DNA of 64,000 nucleotides from Octopus vulgaris (GCA_951406725.2 OX597820.1:112902001-112966000); one strand, 5' to 3'; shown: positions 1 through 11,613, counted from the stretch's first letter. A program made the numbers and translations. Notes: generated from the sequence alone by a model not told the origin.

Positions 1-29
<29 letters not shown>

Positions 30-32
<3 letters not shown>

Positions 33-209
33 GAATTCATTAAAAAAAAAGACGAAGACAGGTGGTGTAGACAACAAACAGATGTATTAGTATAACGCTC
101 GGGAAGCGAAAAAGTCTTTAACGTTTCGAGCCTACGCTCTTCCACAGAAAGGAATACAGAAAGAAACAAGGAGAGAAAATAAAGAATATGTAGTGGCTAG
201 CAATCTATC

Positions 210-210
<1 letters not shown>
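30..210 (-). mobile_element. Short HHR-bearing element, family A (Penelope pseudo-LTR/retrozyme-like), inserted in (TA)n
   Basis: Homologous copies at 50514-50672 (+), 55781-55980 (-) and a degenerate one at 62591-62790 (-); flanked by (TA)n; HHR-like motif at 116-151. Confidence 0.7.
116..151 (-). ncRNA. Minimal type I hammerhead-like motif (A6U core variant)
   Basis: Minus strand CTTT-CTGTGGA-A-GAGC-GTAG-GCTC-GAAA-CG-TT-AAAG: stem I CTTT/AAAG, stem II GAGC/GCTC, palindromic ACGT stem III. Confidence 0.55.
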
Positions 211-240
<30 letters not shown>

Positions 241-243
<3 letters not shown>

Positions 244-450
244 CCAAACAAGAAAACACAAAAACACAAAAAAGCACAACAACGCGAGGACGTGGAACAA
301 ATAAAGTATTATTGGACGCTCAGGAAAGAAGGGAAGAAGGAGGGTTTGACGTTTCGAGCGGAGCTCTTCGTCGGAAACATAGAAGAAGGAAAGATCTCGA
401 GAAGGGAAGACAGAGGAAAAAAATCGTCAGTGGTACTCACGGTGTGTTGA
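241..450 (-). mobile_element. Short HHR-bearing element, family B
   Basis: Reverse complement matches 62345-62536; abuts (TA)n; related to family A downstream of the HHR. Confidence 0.7.
344..378 (-). ncRNA. Minimal type I hammerhead ribozyme (U4C core variant)
   Basis: Minus strand GTTT-CCGACGA-A-GAGC-TCC-GCTC-GAAA-CG-TC-AAAC; GUC cleavage triplet; identical to 62401-62435. Confidence 0.65.
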
Positions 451-999
451 AAGAATGAGGAAGGGAGTATTCATTGCATATTGTAGAGAATATGTCTTTT
501 TTTAAACTTAATAGTTATCTCAGGTTTTGAATTTCATGTTGCTGTGATCTTATGTTACAAGAGAAGATCACAGTGGCAAGAAATTTAAGTTAGAATGAGG
601 TGCAGCTGTTTATTTTATTGTTTTGTATGTGTCTGCTGATTGGTTTTATTTCGTCTTCGTTGATTGGATATTATTTTACTGGCTCTTGATTGGCTGGGGG
701 TTTTCTTTTTGCAGCCTGGTGTAATTTTTGTTGACTTTGGATGTTTGTATTCCGTTTTGCTGTTTATTTTTATTGGATTTATGAAGAAATTTGTGTTAAC
801 AGTGCACTAGTTATTTGCTGAATTTATCAGTTAATCTATGTTTGTTTATAGTCAGGTCTGTTTCTTTCATTTAAACGATATAATCTAGTTCATGCAAAAA
901 TTTGGTAACGTTTCTTATTGAATTTCGTAGATGCTGATAAAAGAATTCATAGTTGAGTGAGGTTTCGTGGATTGACTTTGTTAAAGTGCGTTTGAATTT

Positions 1000-2620
1000 T
1001 CTTCAGATCAAGATTAAAGAGTTTAACGTCTCTTTAATGGAACTGCAGCAGCATCAACTGGTTTTGTGATATCAGGAACAAAGAAGCCTAAAAATTTTAC
1101 CCACTTTGTATCGTGAGTGTCAACCCTTCAGTGTATCGAAATCTCACCTTTGGCAAGTTCTAGACTTCGAGAGGCAATATATTACAATTAACAACCTCGG
1201 TACTAAAATAGTTATGAACGCTATGAATTTACTATTATACCATCACGATTCGTACTAGGTTAGAAAGGAGGCAGCCGTTTATTCGACATCTTCATGGAAA
1301 ACTAAAGGCGGCTGAGGTCGCAGTCCTTGTTGAATCACTGATAATGGATAGTCTCGTGAATGCACATCACCCCAAGGCTTAGAGCTGTACACAGATGAGT
1401 GGCTAGTGATTTCAAGAAAGATGAATGAACACATTATGGACAAATTTAGAAAGAACTTATGGTTTAAAAATAACCATCATGACAACCCAAACCACATCAA
1501 CCTCTTGGGAATTACACTGGACCTTACGACTGGCAAATGTTATCCTTAAATAATGTTTAGAAGAGACTGTATACAGAATTTTAGCTACCGAGAAACTATA
1601 ATTAGAAATGTTGTGAAATATATAATCTCTCCTCAGATAGAGATATCTTTAACATAGCCACAACCCATTACTATAGAGATCCAGGAAAAGTGACTTTAAG
1701 AGAAATTAGCACATATGGAGAATCTCCAAACCCACCTTAAATGAGAGTTGAGGAAAAAATGCCCTTGTTTAATCCCCCCATTCGATTTTGATGTCTTCAC
1801 TAACATAGTTATGAATATCTTGTCTCTAATTAAATATCGGCTTTGAAGCAAGTACATGTATCATAAACTCTTTATTACACATAAGGTTATGGTGAGCTGT
1901 AATTTCCTAAATAATATCGCATGTAACAACAGGAGAAATGCTTTATTCTACATTATTTCGAAAGAAAACAAAGAAGGAGGAAGACCCCAAAACATTCAAA
2001 TGACAGTTAAATTCTTCCAAGAAGTACCAGAGAAGCTCCCGACACCAAGATACAATTCAGCAAACACAACTCACCACTCAAGCAAACTATGGAGACTTAA
2101 AACATGACTTAAAAGACTACACCAGGTTCTGCTGTTAAGCTACTTAGACATGGCCTTGGCCAATCATGACTGAAACCTAAGTTATGATACTTTTATCCCA
2201 AGTACCCCCAACACATTCGCCAAAATTAAAGGACCTGCTTGCACAGAGCATTATGCCTCTCCAAGGTAGTGGTCTGTAGGGCGATTCTCACCCAGTGGTA
2301 TTCCAGATTATGTCACAGGACTTACCACTATTGTGTTCAAGGGAGCGTCTGACTCGACACATGCACTCCATCGGGTCTATAAATAAGGAAAATCCACTCC
2401 TCGTCGCATTTTATCCGAAAACTTGGAAGCAGGGAATAGCATCGTCCGGTATAACATGAAACATTCTCGATACAGCACTCCATTATTTGCTAGGGACAGA
2501 GGAACACGCAGCCATCACTTTTGTCTCTCCGAGAAACTGCACATATTGCAGCAGTTAGATGTCTCTCTTATAAAAAGAAAATGAACTGTCATTCTGCTGC
2601 CGCTAGCTGGGCTCCCACTT
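1000..2620 (+). pseudogene. Decayed Penelope-like element (RT and GIY-YIG remnants)
   Basis: Frameshifted motifs AEVA (~1310), LYTDE for LYRDD (~1390), ITLDLTTGKCYP (~1520), FNPPF (~1770), CLSKVVVCRA (~2260), CLSEKL (~2525). Confidence 0.65.
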
Positions 2621-2839
2621 TTGGCCAACTTTAAACTGCAATATTATCTAATTAGTTTTTGCCCTACTTAGATCAACAGCCCACTTCTTTCCTCTACACG
2701 ATACCCGAACTGCCTTCCTACTGTCTACAAAAGAATTAATTCCAAGTTATGAGCAACTAACATTTTCCATAAACTATCGATAACCGCATAAAATTTCTAT
2801 AATCTTTCATGGTTCTCTACAAACTTTTACTCTGATAGG

Positions 2840-3061
2840 AAGGTGTGTTCAAAGTTAGTACTTCGGCAGTTGGCACCTAATTTGAATGCAACAAGGGTGA
2901 ATCTATTGGAAATGGTTGAAACCAATGAAAATACTTCATCGTTTTTTCGATCTAGTAACAGAAGAGGAAATATGGCCGTATTTTATAAACCAAAAACGAA
3001 AGCGCAGTCCATGGAATGGCGTTACTCCTCTTCTCCAAGGCCCAAAATGTTCAGGAGCTAG
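2840..3061 (+). mobile_element. Mariner transposase fragment
   Basis: KVCSKLVLRQL (WVPRxL-like) and YKPKTKAQSMEWRYSSSPRPKMFR, typical of mariner transposases. Confidence 0.75.
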
Positions 3062-3084
3062 CGATGCTATAAAACTGGTTTATA

Positions 3085-3165
3085 AACATTGAAAGGCTGT
3101 GGGGGTCCACCAAAATAGAATAGTAATCAAAGGGCTCCATAGAAAAAGATGGTCGAGAACCCCTA
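3085..3165. mobile_element. hAT-type MITE terminus
   Basis: Ends GGTCGAGAACCCCT, resembling hAT TIRs; the other end was not found. Confidence 0.35.
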
Positions 3166-3299
3166 ATCTAGAGGATGACACCCTACCAGTATGTTTAATT
3201 TGAACGAGCTATGTCAGTTAATATAACCGGCTACAGCGATTTTTGAATCCTCATATGCACGTATAAGTGCATAAAATATGTGTATAACTACGCACACTT

Positions 3300-3389
3300 A
3301 TATATACATATAAATATATGTATATATATTTTCACGTATATATCTACATGTACATATGCATATATATATATATATACATACATACATAC

Positions 3390-3468
<79 letters not shown>
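3300..3468. repeat. (TA)n/(TACA)n microsatellite
   Basis: Direct inspection. Confidence 0.95.
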
Positions 3469-3472
<4 letters not shown>

Positions 3473-4576
3473 ATATTTCGGAATGGTCATTTTGCCAGTT
3501 TAGCCAATAAAAACACACGCACTATATATTTGGTGTTATTTTGCTTCAGTGATATTTATTTTTTACATTAATCTTAATCTTATTTCGGCCAAAGTTCTTT
3601 CGTCACACTCCTGTGACCGCATCAGTGGTCCTTTGTTTTCTTCTCACTTACTTGTGTCTCTCCTTACTAACCGTCAGCCATTTTGTATTTCTATTGTATG
3701 TCTTCATTTGCGCATGCTTATATCTCTATGTGCGTCTATGTTTATTTAGTGTGTGTGTGGGGGGGATGTCTGTAATATTTGTATCTTCTGGTTATATACA
3801 TTCTTGTAATTTGTATTTTGTTTTTGTTGTTGTTGCTTTTGTTCTAATTTTGTTCATGTGTTTACATCCACCCATTATTATCATTACATATGCTTGTATG
3901 TATGTATAACAACAATATTAGTAATAATAATAATAAATCTAATCGGAAAAAAAAAAAAAAAAAAGAATATACATATACATATATATATACATACATATAC
4001 ATATACATATATATATATATACATATATACACACATATATACACATATACATATACATATGTATACACATATACATATATATAGATATTCATTTCTATTT
4101 CTTTAATTACCTGTGTATTTATTATGTTTGCAGGATCCACTATTGTCATATGTTGTGGTGTGCGCTATTGCTCCATTCTAGTTTTCTATTCAGGCTAGGT
4201 TTATTTTCTATTATATGTGTAGCTTCTGTAATTTGTCTAATTGTTGCATCTGTTCTATGTGTGGACAATATCTTAATCTCTATGTTATTGATTGATCCCC
4301 CGTGTTCTTGTTCGGCGTGTTGGTACAGAATCGATGAGTAAGTGAGAAGAAAACAAAGGACCACTGATGCGGTCACAGGAGTGTGACGAAAGAACTTTGG
4401 CCGAAATAGGATTAAGATTAATGTAAAAAATAAATATCACTGAAGCAAAATAACACCAAATATATAGTGCGTGTGTTTTTATTGGCTAAACTGGCAATAT
4501 GACCATTCCGAAATATAACAATATCTGTTTCAACACACGACTTCACATAAAAAATCTTGCACAACAAATATTTAAA
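3466..4576 (-). mobile_element. 5'-truncated Penelope-like element with inverted pseudo-LTR
   Basis: 3466-3651 and 4336-4523 form a ~186-bp near-perfect inverted repeat; minus 4146-4333 encodes a GIY-YIG C-terminus ([33 protein letters not shown]); flanked by (TA)n. Confidence 0.8.
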
Positions 4577-4577
4577 C

Positions 4578-4648
<71 letters not shown>

Positions 4649-4678
4649 TGTATGTATGTATGTATGTATGTATGTATG

Positions 4679-4725
<47 letters not shown>
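4577..4725. repeat. (TA)n/(TATG)n microsatellite
   Basis: Direct inspection. Confidence 0.95.
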
Positions 4726-4726
<1 letters not shown>

Positions 4727-5379
4727 TATGTACATGTAGATATATACGTGAAAATATACATCTATATATGATATATGTGTGTGTGTAGAAATATGTATAC
4801 GTATATATACAAACACGCGGCCATCTTTTATTAATTAAATGATTCCTTAGAAATGTAAAACAGTTTCAATATATTCTTATATTTCTTCGATGTCTAGACT
4901 TAATATAAGATGGAACCAGAAGTGAACAACCACGTGGTGGGACTGAGAAACCATTCGATGTTACTAGAAAACCAAATGGTGATATTGGAAAACTATATGA
5001 TGGTGAAGGTTTACTCGTCTAAGCGTTTGAATAAGGTGTTGGCGATGTAAAGAATATTGTTAATAGCAGTATTGGATTTAGGACAAATAAGGCCCTGTGC
5101 TAGTTGAGTTATGAGACCCCTTACTTGGACAATCAGTCACACATGCTCAGGAAATTTAGGAGTTCACATTATTAATTTCACTTTTATAAATTTTAGGGAA
5201 AAATTTGAACGTTTGACATTTGAAAAATTCATCATAAAAAATTTGGTGAGCAGGAAGATGGACTTCCCCACCTGGTCAACGGGGCTTAAGCACACCTAAG
5301 CACATTGGAAATTCTGGCACTGGTTTGTGGCAAGGGTTACTAAAAGTGTGTTAAATGTGAATTTATTATCTAGTTGTAG

Positions 5380-5690
5380 AAAGAGGAGGTTTTAAAGCAG
5401 TTGTCCATATTTATCTTCTTTCCCTTTCACATCAGCAGAGCAGCTGACCTATATGATGGTACGTACTAGTCTGTCCCAAATAATTATATCTGGCCTGTTA
5501 TGTTTACCCTTTGAATTGTTGGGAAGTTTCCACCAATATTCCTTGTAATGATGTTTATATATGTATGCAATAACAAATTTTCCCCAGGACAGTTTTTTTT
5601 TTCGAATTGCATCGTATATTGTTTTAGCGACATCGTCGCGTCGTATAGGGTGGCAGTACCTGTTTTCAACTGATATCTAGATTTTACGGG
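5380..5690 (-). mobile_element. RLE-type non-LTR retrotransposon (R4/NeSL-like) 3' fragment
   Basis: Minus translation gives IRRDDVAKTIYDAIR (RHD motif region) and KHNRPDIIIWD (restriction-like endonuclease). Confidence 0.65.
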
Positions 5691-5979
5691 GTTTTAATGT
5701 ATACAAACAAGCAAGCAATCAGAGAATTTTAGTAGTATATAGACAGTGAATTTCCTCTACAGACTAGTCAAGTATCCCAGCACTGGTATGGCGAATACGT
5801 TGTGGTATTAGAGGAGAGTTCCGATTGCCATATCCTCCTGGTGGCAGGTACTTTTACCAGGTGCAGAGACTTTAGTAGCCATGAGTGGGACATAGAGTCG
5901 AATGCAGTGTTTTCTTACTTCGGACCGAACAGCCTTAATTATCAAAAGTTGCTTGGCACATCCCCACACTGTCTTCTTT

Positions 5980-6250
5980 CTCCCACCTGCCCATCAGTCA
6001 TTATGTTGTTGGACTCATAATGATCTTGGCATTTCCGTAGATGTTTTTTCACGGAAGCGTCTGTCTGCTTGTGTTCCTTAACACGCATAGCGGCAACATT
6101 TGGTAATTTCTTGAAAATGGGGTCATAACCCCGAAATATTGAATACAAGGTAAGTCTACATTAATTCATATATTTGTTTTCTTGTGATTTGCCTTGCATT
6201 TACTTCGCATTGTTGTGGCTTCACTCACGATCCTTTATTCAATATATTCT
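5980..6250 (-). mobile_element. Penelope-like GIY-YIG fragment
   Basis: MRVKEHKQTDASVKKHLRKC resembles the RxxEH...S.V..H segment of PLE endonucleases. Confidence 0.45.
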
Positions 6251-6336
6251 GCACAACGCTTCATAGTAATTATTCCAATATAATATATATATATATATGT
6301 ATGTGTGTAGCAATAATAAATCTCTGAGCGAGATGT

Positions 6337-6427
6337 TCCCATTTCCAGCCTGACGTGATACACATGGATCCGAGTTTCTGGTTATTGACCCGTCATCAGC
6401 GCGTGACACCTGCCGGCTGGTGATGGG
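6337..6427 (-). ncRNA. Degenerate type I hammerhead ribozyme with extended stem I
   Basis: Minus strand CCAGCC...CACGCG-CTGATGA-CGGGTCAATAACCA-GAAA-CTCGGATC-CATGTG...GGCTGG, plus outer CCCAT/ATGGG pairing; mismatches in stems II and III. Confidence 0.5.
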
Positions 6428-6511
6428 AGACGATTTCTCAATGCAAATATATATACTTTTTCCAGAGACGAAAAGTCACTGATCTCGAAAAAGGACAAAC
6501 ATATATATATA

Positions 6512-6957
6512 ATGGGTCATCCCATAAATCATGTTTTCTCAATTGCATGAACTAAAAGTTGGGAGTGGGGAACGGGATAAACTAACTGCATCAACTTGTT
6601 ATGAAAGCAGATAGTAATTTTACCGTAATCTTATTCTTAGTGCAAGTTTTGAAGAGTACGGTTAGATTTTAACAGTTATTTTTTCAAAGCTATAATGGAA
6701 GTGATAATGGAGCATATTTTGCTCTATGAGTTCAATAAAGACATTCACCGGACATTGCCCCGTCTGATTATTATTTATTCTGCAGTCTTCAAAATCATTT
6801 GGACGGAAAAAATATGAATACTGTAGACGCGGTCAGAACGGTATCGGAGGAGTATTTTTCATTACGGACAAGTGAATTTTAGAAGAAGGGTCTTGCAAGC
6901 CTACCAGGAACTTTTTTATCTTAATTTCGAAAATAAAAGTTTTAAGGGATGACCCAA
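6512..6957 (+). mobile_element. Internally deleted mariner (non-autonomous)
   Basis: TIRs TGGGTCATCCC/GGGATGACCCA, TA flanks, internal SPDIAPSDYYLFCSLQNHL. Confidence 0.85.
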
Positions 6958-6992
6958 TACACACACACACACACACACATATTTCTACATAC

Positions 6993-7057
<65 letters not shown>

Positions 7058-7058
<1 letters not shown>

Positions 7059-7641
7059 TTTGTGGAGAATGGCGATTTGACGTCTATATCTAGCATGTTG
7101 ACTGTCCACTTTTCGTGTTCAGTCCTTAATTGGTATATATAAATATTTTAATCTTCGGATTCTTTCTTTAATATGCTAGACCACTGGTTCTAATTGATAA
7201 ATATCAATTTTTACCCTAAATTTAATTTTATATAAATATTTGTTCTCTAACCGATAAATTAACTGCTGCTAACTATTAGCTGCAGGCTAGTTTTCTCGGG
7301 TCTCATCGCGCCAAAGTAGAGACATTTGAAATATATATTTCAAATGTAATAGGCCGTACTCCATGCACGCGATATTTCGGTATCGTGTTGGCATTTAGTA
7401 TAGCAAATTGCATTTTATATGGGACCATGCTGATGATGGTTGCACTTTTCCTTGCGGAAAATAACAACCGAAACTAAATTTAGTACATGGGTAAATATTT
7501 ATTTCGTATATTTTTCACTTGTTTATTGCTTTGGTTTTGTGTTGAGTTTGATCTGAGAACATAGACTTTTTGTGGAGAATGGCGATTTGACGTCTATATC
7601 TAGCATGTTGACTGTCCACTTTTCGTGTTCAGTCCTTAATT

Positions 7642-7650
<9 letters not shown>
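7058..7650 (+). mobile_element. HHR-bearing 510-bp unit with ~80-bp terminal direct repeat (retrozyme/pseudo-LTR-like)
   Basis: 7058-7140 is repeated at 7568-7650 (period 510); flanked by (TA)n; canonical HHR inside. Confidence 0.8.
7425..7490 (+). ncRNA. Type I hammerhead ribozyme with canonical core
   Basis: CCATG-CTGATGA-T-GGTTG-[CAC TTTTCC TTGC GGAAAA TAA]-CAACC-GAAA-CTAAATTTAG-TA-CATGG: all three stems pair; predicted cut after GUA (7485). Confidence 0.85.
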
Positions 7651-7682
<32 letters not shown>

Positions 7683-7684
<2 letters not shown>

Positions 7685-7924
7685 CACGTTAAAATGCTCG
7701 AACCGATCGTGACGATGCCGGACCCTCCGGCCCCTGTGCAGGTGGCACGTAAAAGCACCCAATCCACTCACGGAGTGGTTGGCGTTAGGAAGGGCATCCA
7801 GCCGTAGAAACTCTGCCAGATTCAGACTGGAGCCTGGTGCGGCCCCTGGCTTCCCAGACCCGGTCAAACCGTCCAACCTGTGCTAGCGCGGAAAGCGGAC
7901 GTTAAACGATGATGATGATGATGA

Positions 7925-7927
<3 letters not shown>
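7683..7927 (+). mobile_element. SINE (family 3) 3' part with (GAT)n tail
   Basis: GTGGTTGGCGTTAGGAAGGGCATCCAG core and CGGACGTTAAACGATGATG tail; matches 47200-47450. Confidence 0.8.
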
Positions 7928-7965
<38 letters not shown>

Positions 7966-7967
<2 letters not shown>

Positions 7968-8350
7968 GTGGGTGTGTGGTTAAGTAGTTTACTTTCTAAC
8001 TTCATGGCACCATGATTGTCTTATATTTTTGAGGCCGACGAAAGCCTTGTGAGCGGGTTTGGCAGACAGAAACTGAAAGAAGCTTGTTGTATACTTATAT
8101 GTTTATATATTGGTACATATGAGTGAGTGTATGTATTAGTGTGTTAACATTGTGTGATAGTTGTGAACAAGCATACCCAACATACTAGCAGCTTATCTTC
8201 GTTTCCAATCTGTTTGGCTATAGGGAGATTTTACCTTGCTTGGAAAAAAGTGAGCATTGGCAACAGGAATGGCATCCAACACCTGTAGAAAATCTACCTC
8301 AACAAATTCTGTCTAAGCTACCATAGAAAAGTTAAATTGACGACAAAGAC
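7966..8350 (+). mobile_element. Degenerate SINE (family 1 head)
   Basis: Shares GCCTTGTGAG..GGTTTGGCAGACAGAAACTGAAAGAAG with 22225-22633. Confidence 0.65.
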
Positions 8351-8369
8351 AATGATATATAAAGAAGGA

Positions 8370-8760
8370 GGGAGATGGCGAAGGTGGGCCATTCTTTGCA
8401 GTGGTTGCTAGGGTGAGATGTGCATGGAAGAAGTTTTAGAAGCAGAGTAGCATTGTTATAAGGAGAGTATATGTTGAATGTGTGAGATGTGGGGAAGGGA
8501 ATAATACATGCAAAACAGCAGAGAAAGTTAGAGAGAACAGAAATGAGAATGTTTTTGGTAGATGAGAGAGGGAAGAAGAAGATAAACATTTGGTTGTGTA
8601 GAATGGAAATAAAGCCAGTGGTGAATGTTGTGAAGAGATATGGGATGAAATGACTGGGTTTTCTTCTGAGAAAGAATGAAAGAGATTGGTTGATGGAAAT
8701 ATCAGGAACTAGTTTAAAAGAGGGGCAGAGGTGACAACTGTTCCTGCAGTGATGGTGCAT
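8370..8760 (+). mobile_element. Decayed RTE-like LINE fragment
   Basis: ARVRCAWKKF and RKLERTEMRM motifs of RTE RT C-termini. Confidence 0.5.
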
Positions 8761-8974
8761 TTGGTACAATACCCAAAATATTACCTAAGAGGCAGAAGAA
8801 TATTGGAACTGAGGCAGGCGTCATTGACCTGAAGAAAAGTACAATCCTGTATTCTACAAGAATCTTTAGAAAGATTCTTCAGACTTGAGGAGCCTTGCTG
8901 TCATCAAATTTCAAGACACCATCAATGTTATAAAAAATAAACTTTGATAATAATAATGAATCCTTTTGTTTATT

Positions 8975-9170
8975 TTTTTAAGGCCAGCAATTTTAGAGGA
9001 TGGGTGCTAGATGGCTTCATTGGCCCCAGTTCATGGCTGTTACTTTAATTTATCAACCCTGAAAGGATGAAGGGCAAAGTCGAGAGCAGTGGAATTTGAA
9101 CTCAGGACATAATAGGTTGAAAGAATTCTGTTAAGCATCTTATCCAGTGCAATAACAATTCTGTCAACAC
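8975..9170 (-). mobile_element. SINE (family 2), degenerate
   Basis: GAAAGGATGAAGGGCAAAGTCGA..GGAATTTGAACTCAG (B-box on minus). Confidence 0.65.
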
Positions 9171-9216
<46 letters not shown>

Positions 9217-9219
<3 letters not shown>

Positions 9220-9703
9220 TACACAGATAGAGATATTAAGGCCAACAGACCAGATATAATTACACACAGGTAGAGAAATTAAGGCAAAGAGACCAGATAT
9301 AGTTGTCAGAGATTATGAAGAAAAAAATACTTTCTAATTGATGTATCAATACCAGCAGATGACAATGTGTCTCTAAAAGAAATGGAGAAACTTTCAAAAT
9401 ACAAAGACCTGGAAATAGAGGTAACTCGAATGTGGAATCTAAAAACAGAAACAATTCCTATCATAGTAGGTGCATTAGGCATGATAAAAAAATATTCAGA
9501 CAAATACATAACAAAAACACCAGGACTTACAAACACATATAACATACAGAAAATTGCACTACTGGGCACTGCACACATCCTACACAAAACACTTCCAATA
9601 CAGTAACCATCAGAGCATCACAACAAAACACAGCACATACCCAAGGCACACAGAGCTGAGCTTGGTAGTGAAGTGAAAGCAAGTTATAAAAATAAAACTA
9701 CTG
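9217..9703 (+). mobile_element. R4/Dong-like RLE retrotransposon 3' fragment in (AAT)n
   Basis: NRPDI...LIDVSIPADDNVSLKEMEKLSKYKDLEIEVTRMW...IPIIVGALG; both ends abut (AAT)n; short tandem duplication at the 5' junction. Confidence 0.85.
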
Positions 9704-9720
9704 AATAATAATAATAATAA

Positions 9721-9930
9721 TCCTTTCTACTAAAGGCACAAGGCCTGAAATTTTAGGGAGGGGACTAGTCAATTACATTGGCCCCAGTATTTTACTGGTA
9801 TTTAATTTATCGACCTTGAAAAGATGAAAGGCAATTTGATGGAATTTGAGCTCAGAACTTGAAGACAAACTAAATATTGCAACACATTTTACCCAGCATA
9901 CTAACGATTCTACCAGCTTGCCACCTTACT
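9721..9930 (-). mobile_element. SINE (family 2)
   Basis: Homologous to 25406-25626. Confidence 0.7.
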
Positions 9931-9954
9931 TATAATAATAATAATAATAATAAT

Positions 9955-10593
9955 ATTGCAAAAACCTGGATTTGCCCCATGAAAAAAACTGGTGGGAACA
10001 CAATCCACCTCCAGTGCTTGAAAATGACCACATCTCACTCCTCTGGAACTTCACCATTCAAACTGACAGAAAGATAGATGCAAATAGGCCAGACATCATA
10101 TTGAAAGACTTCAGACAAAGAACATGCCTCCTCATTGATATGACTGTCCCAATCGATATAAACGTATCTGTCAAGACCTACCAAAAACTGAGCAAATATA
10201 AAGATCTTGAAATAGAAATCAGCAAAATGTGGAACCTGAATTCTAAAACAATACCTGTTGTCATAGGTGCCCTGGGAATGATAGCGAAATGGGGCTGATT
10301 GCTACCTAACTCAGATACCAGGAAACCCCAAAATGGCAGAAATTCAAAAGATAGTGCTCATGGGAACTGCTCATATCCTACGCAAAATACTCTCTATGTA
10401 ATCCCAAGGTTTAAAACAAACTTTTTATTTTTTTATTTATTAGACATTCTCTAGTACAACACTAAAAAAAAAACCTAAATATATGATACACTAGGCATAA
10501 CAACAACGTGAACTTCCAACCTGTTGTCTCTTGAGGTCTCTGGGTGAGACTTGGAGCCAACTTGTACAGACATAAAGCAAAAGTCAAACATAG
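9955..10593 (+). mobile_element. Second R4/Dong-like RLE 3' fragment in (AAT)n
   Basis: WWEHNPPPVLEND..LLWNFTIQTDRKIDANRPDIILKD..LLIDMTVP..KLSKYKDLEIEI; different 3' UTR from 9217-9703. Confidence 0.85.
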
Positions 10594-10616
10594 AATAATA
10601 ATAATAATAATAATAA

Positions 10617-11156
10617 CCAGGCTGTGGTTCTTGTGGCTTCTCATCATAACTGATTGGAAGTGTTATCGTGTACATGTTTTGTCTTGGTATAAAAGATGGG
10701 CTACAGCAAATATTCTGCTCAATACCACAGATTTGCTTGTCAGTCACTTGATCAAAACCAGTTGAACAGGTCCATTGGTGGCTCTGATCATATGTGTATC
10801 TCTGATCACAAGCAGAAGTAGTTGGGGAGCATCATAGCCATGTGTTGAGAGGAATTCTTTGGGTTTTGAATAATTCACCCTCAGAAATATGGGTGCTTCA
10901 TTCATCATCTTTAAACAACCATTATTCAGGGACCTTTTGAGAAGGATGGGTTACTTGACCTGAAGAAAGCTCTAACTGGACCCCCACCTGCAAGGCCATG
11001 CTCTGTTTATCTTGATGAGATCACCACATGCACACATATGGTTGTGATGCATGTGCCTAGTGTACCCTTTACTGATGGGTAGTCATTATGGGTATATTGG
11101 GCTTCGTATATTTGTACCCCAGTGTCACTATGATGGCATGCATTGCTCTCTCATTC
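10617..11156 (+). mobile_element. ~550-bp non-coding (AAT)n-inserted element
   Basis: Homologous to 12372-12925; shared right end CTCTCAYTC followed by (AAT)n. Confidence 0.75.
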
Positions 11157-11238
<82 letters not shown>

Positions 11239-11613
11239 TCAACAACAGCATTTTTATTAGCCACAAGGGTCCAAAAGATACAATAAAATACAATGAACAT
11301 TAAATAGGGCTTTTATAAAATCATGCCGGGCAGGAGATAAATAATATGAGAAAGGGTGGGATAAAAGATATTACACTGTTAATGTAGGAAGTAGTTAAAA
11401 ATTTATCAGATGGGTAGACATGATGGGTATATTGGGCTTCATATATTTGTACACTGATTCAAGTACTTGACAGGCACTTTATCTTATCAATCCTCAAATT
11501 GATAAAAGATAAATTTGTTGACCTTGACAGTATTTGAACTTATACAAGAAAACCAGGAGGAAATGATGCAAAGTACTCTATTCAATAAACTAATGATCGT
11601 GCAAGTTGCTACC

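Noticed and set aside
4357-4415. CTGATGC...GAAA hammerhead-like string in the PLE pseudo-LTR (also 3575-3632 on minus)
   Set aside because: A9 is replaced by C in both copies and no stem I or III can be formed; at most an HHR vestige.
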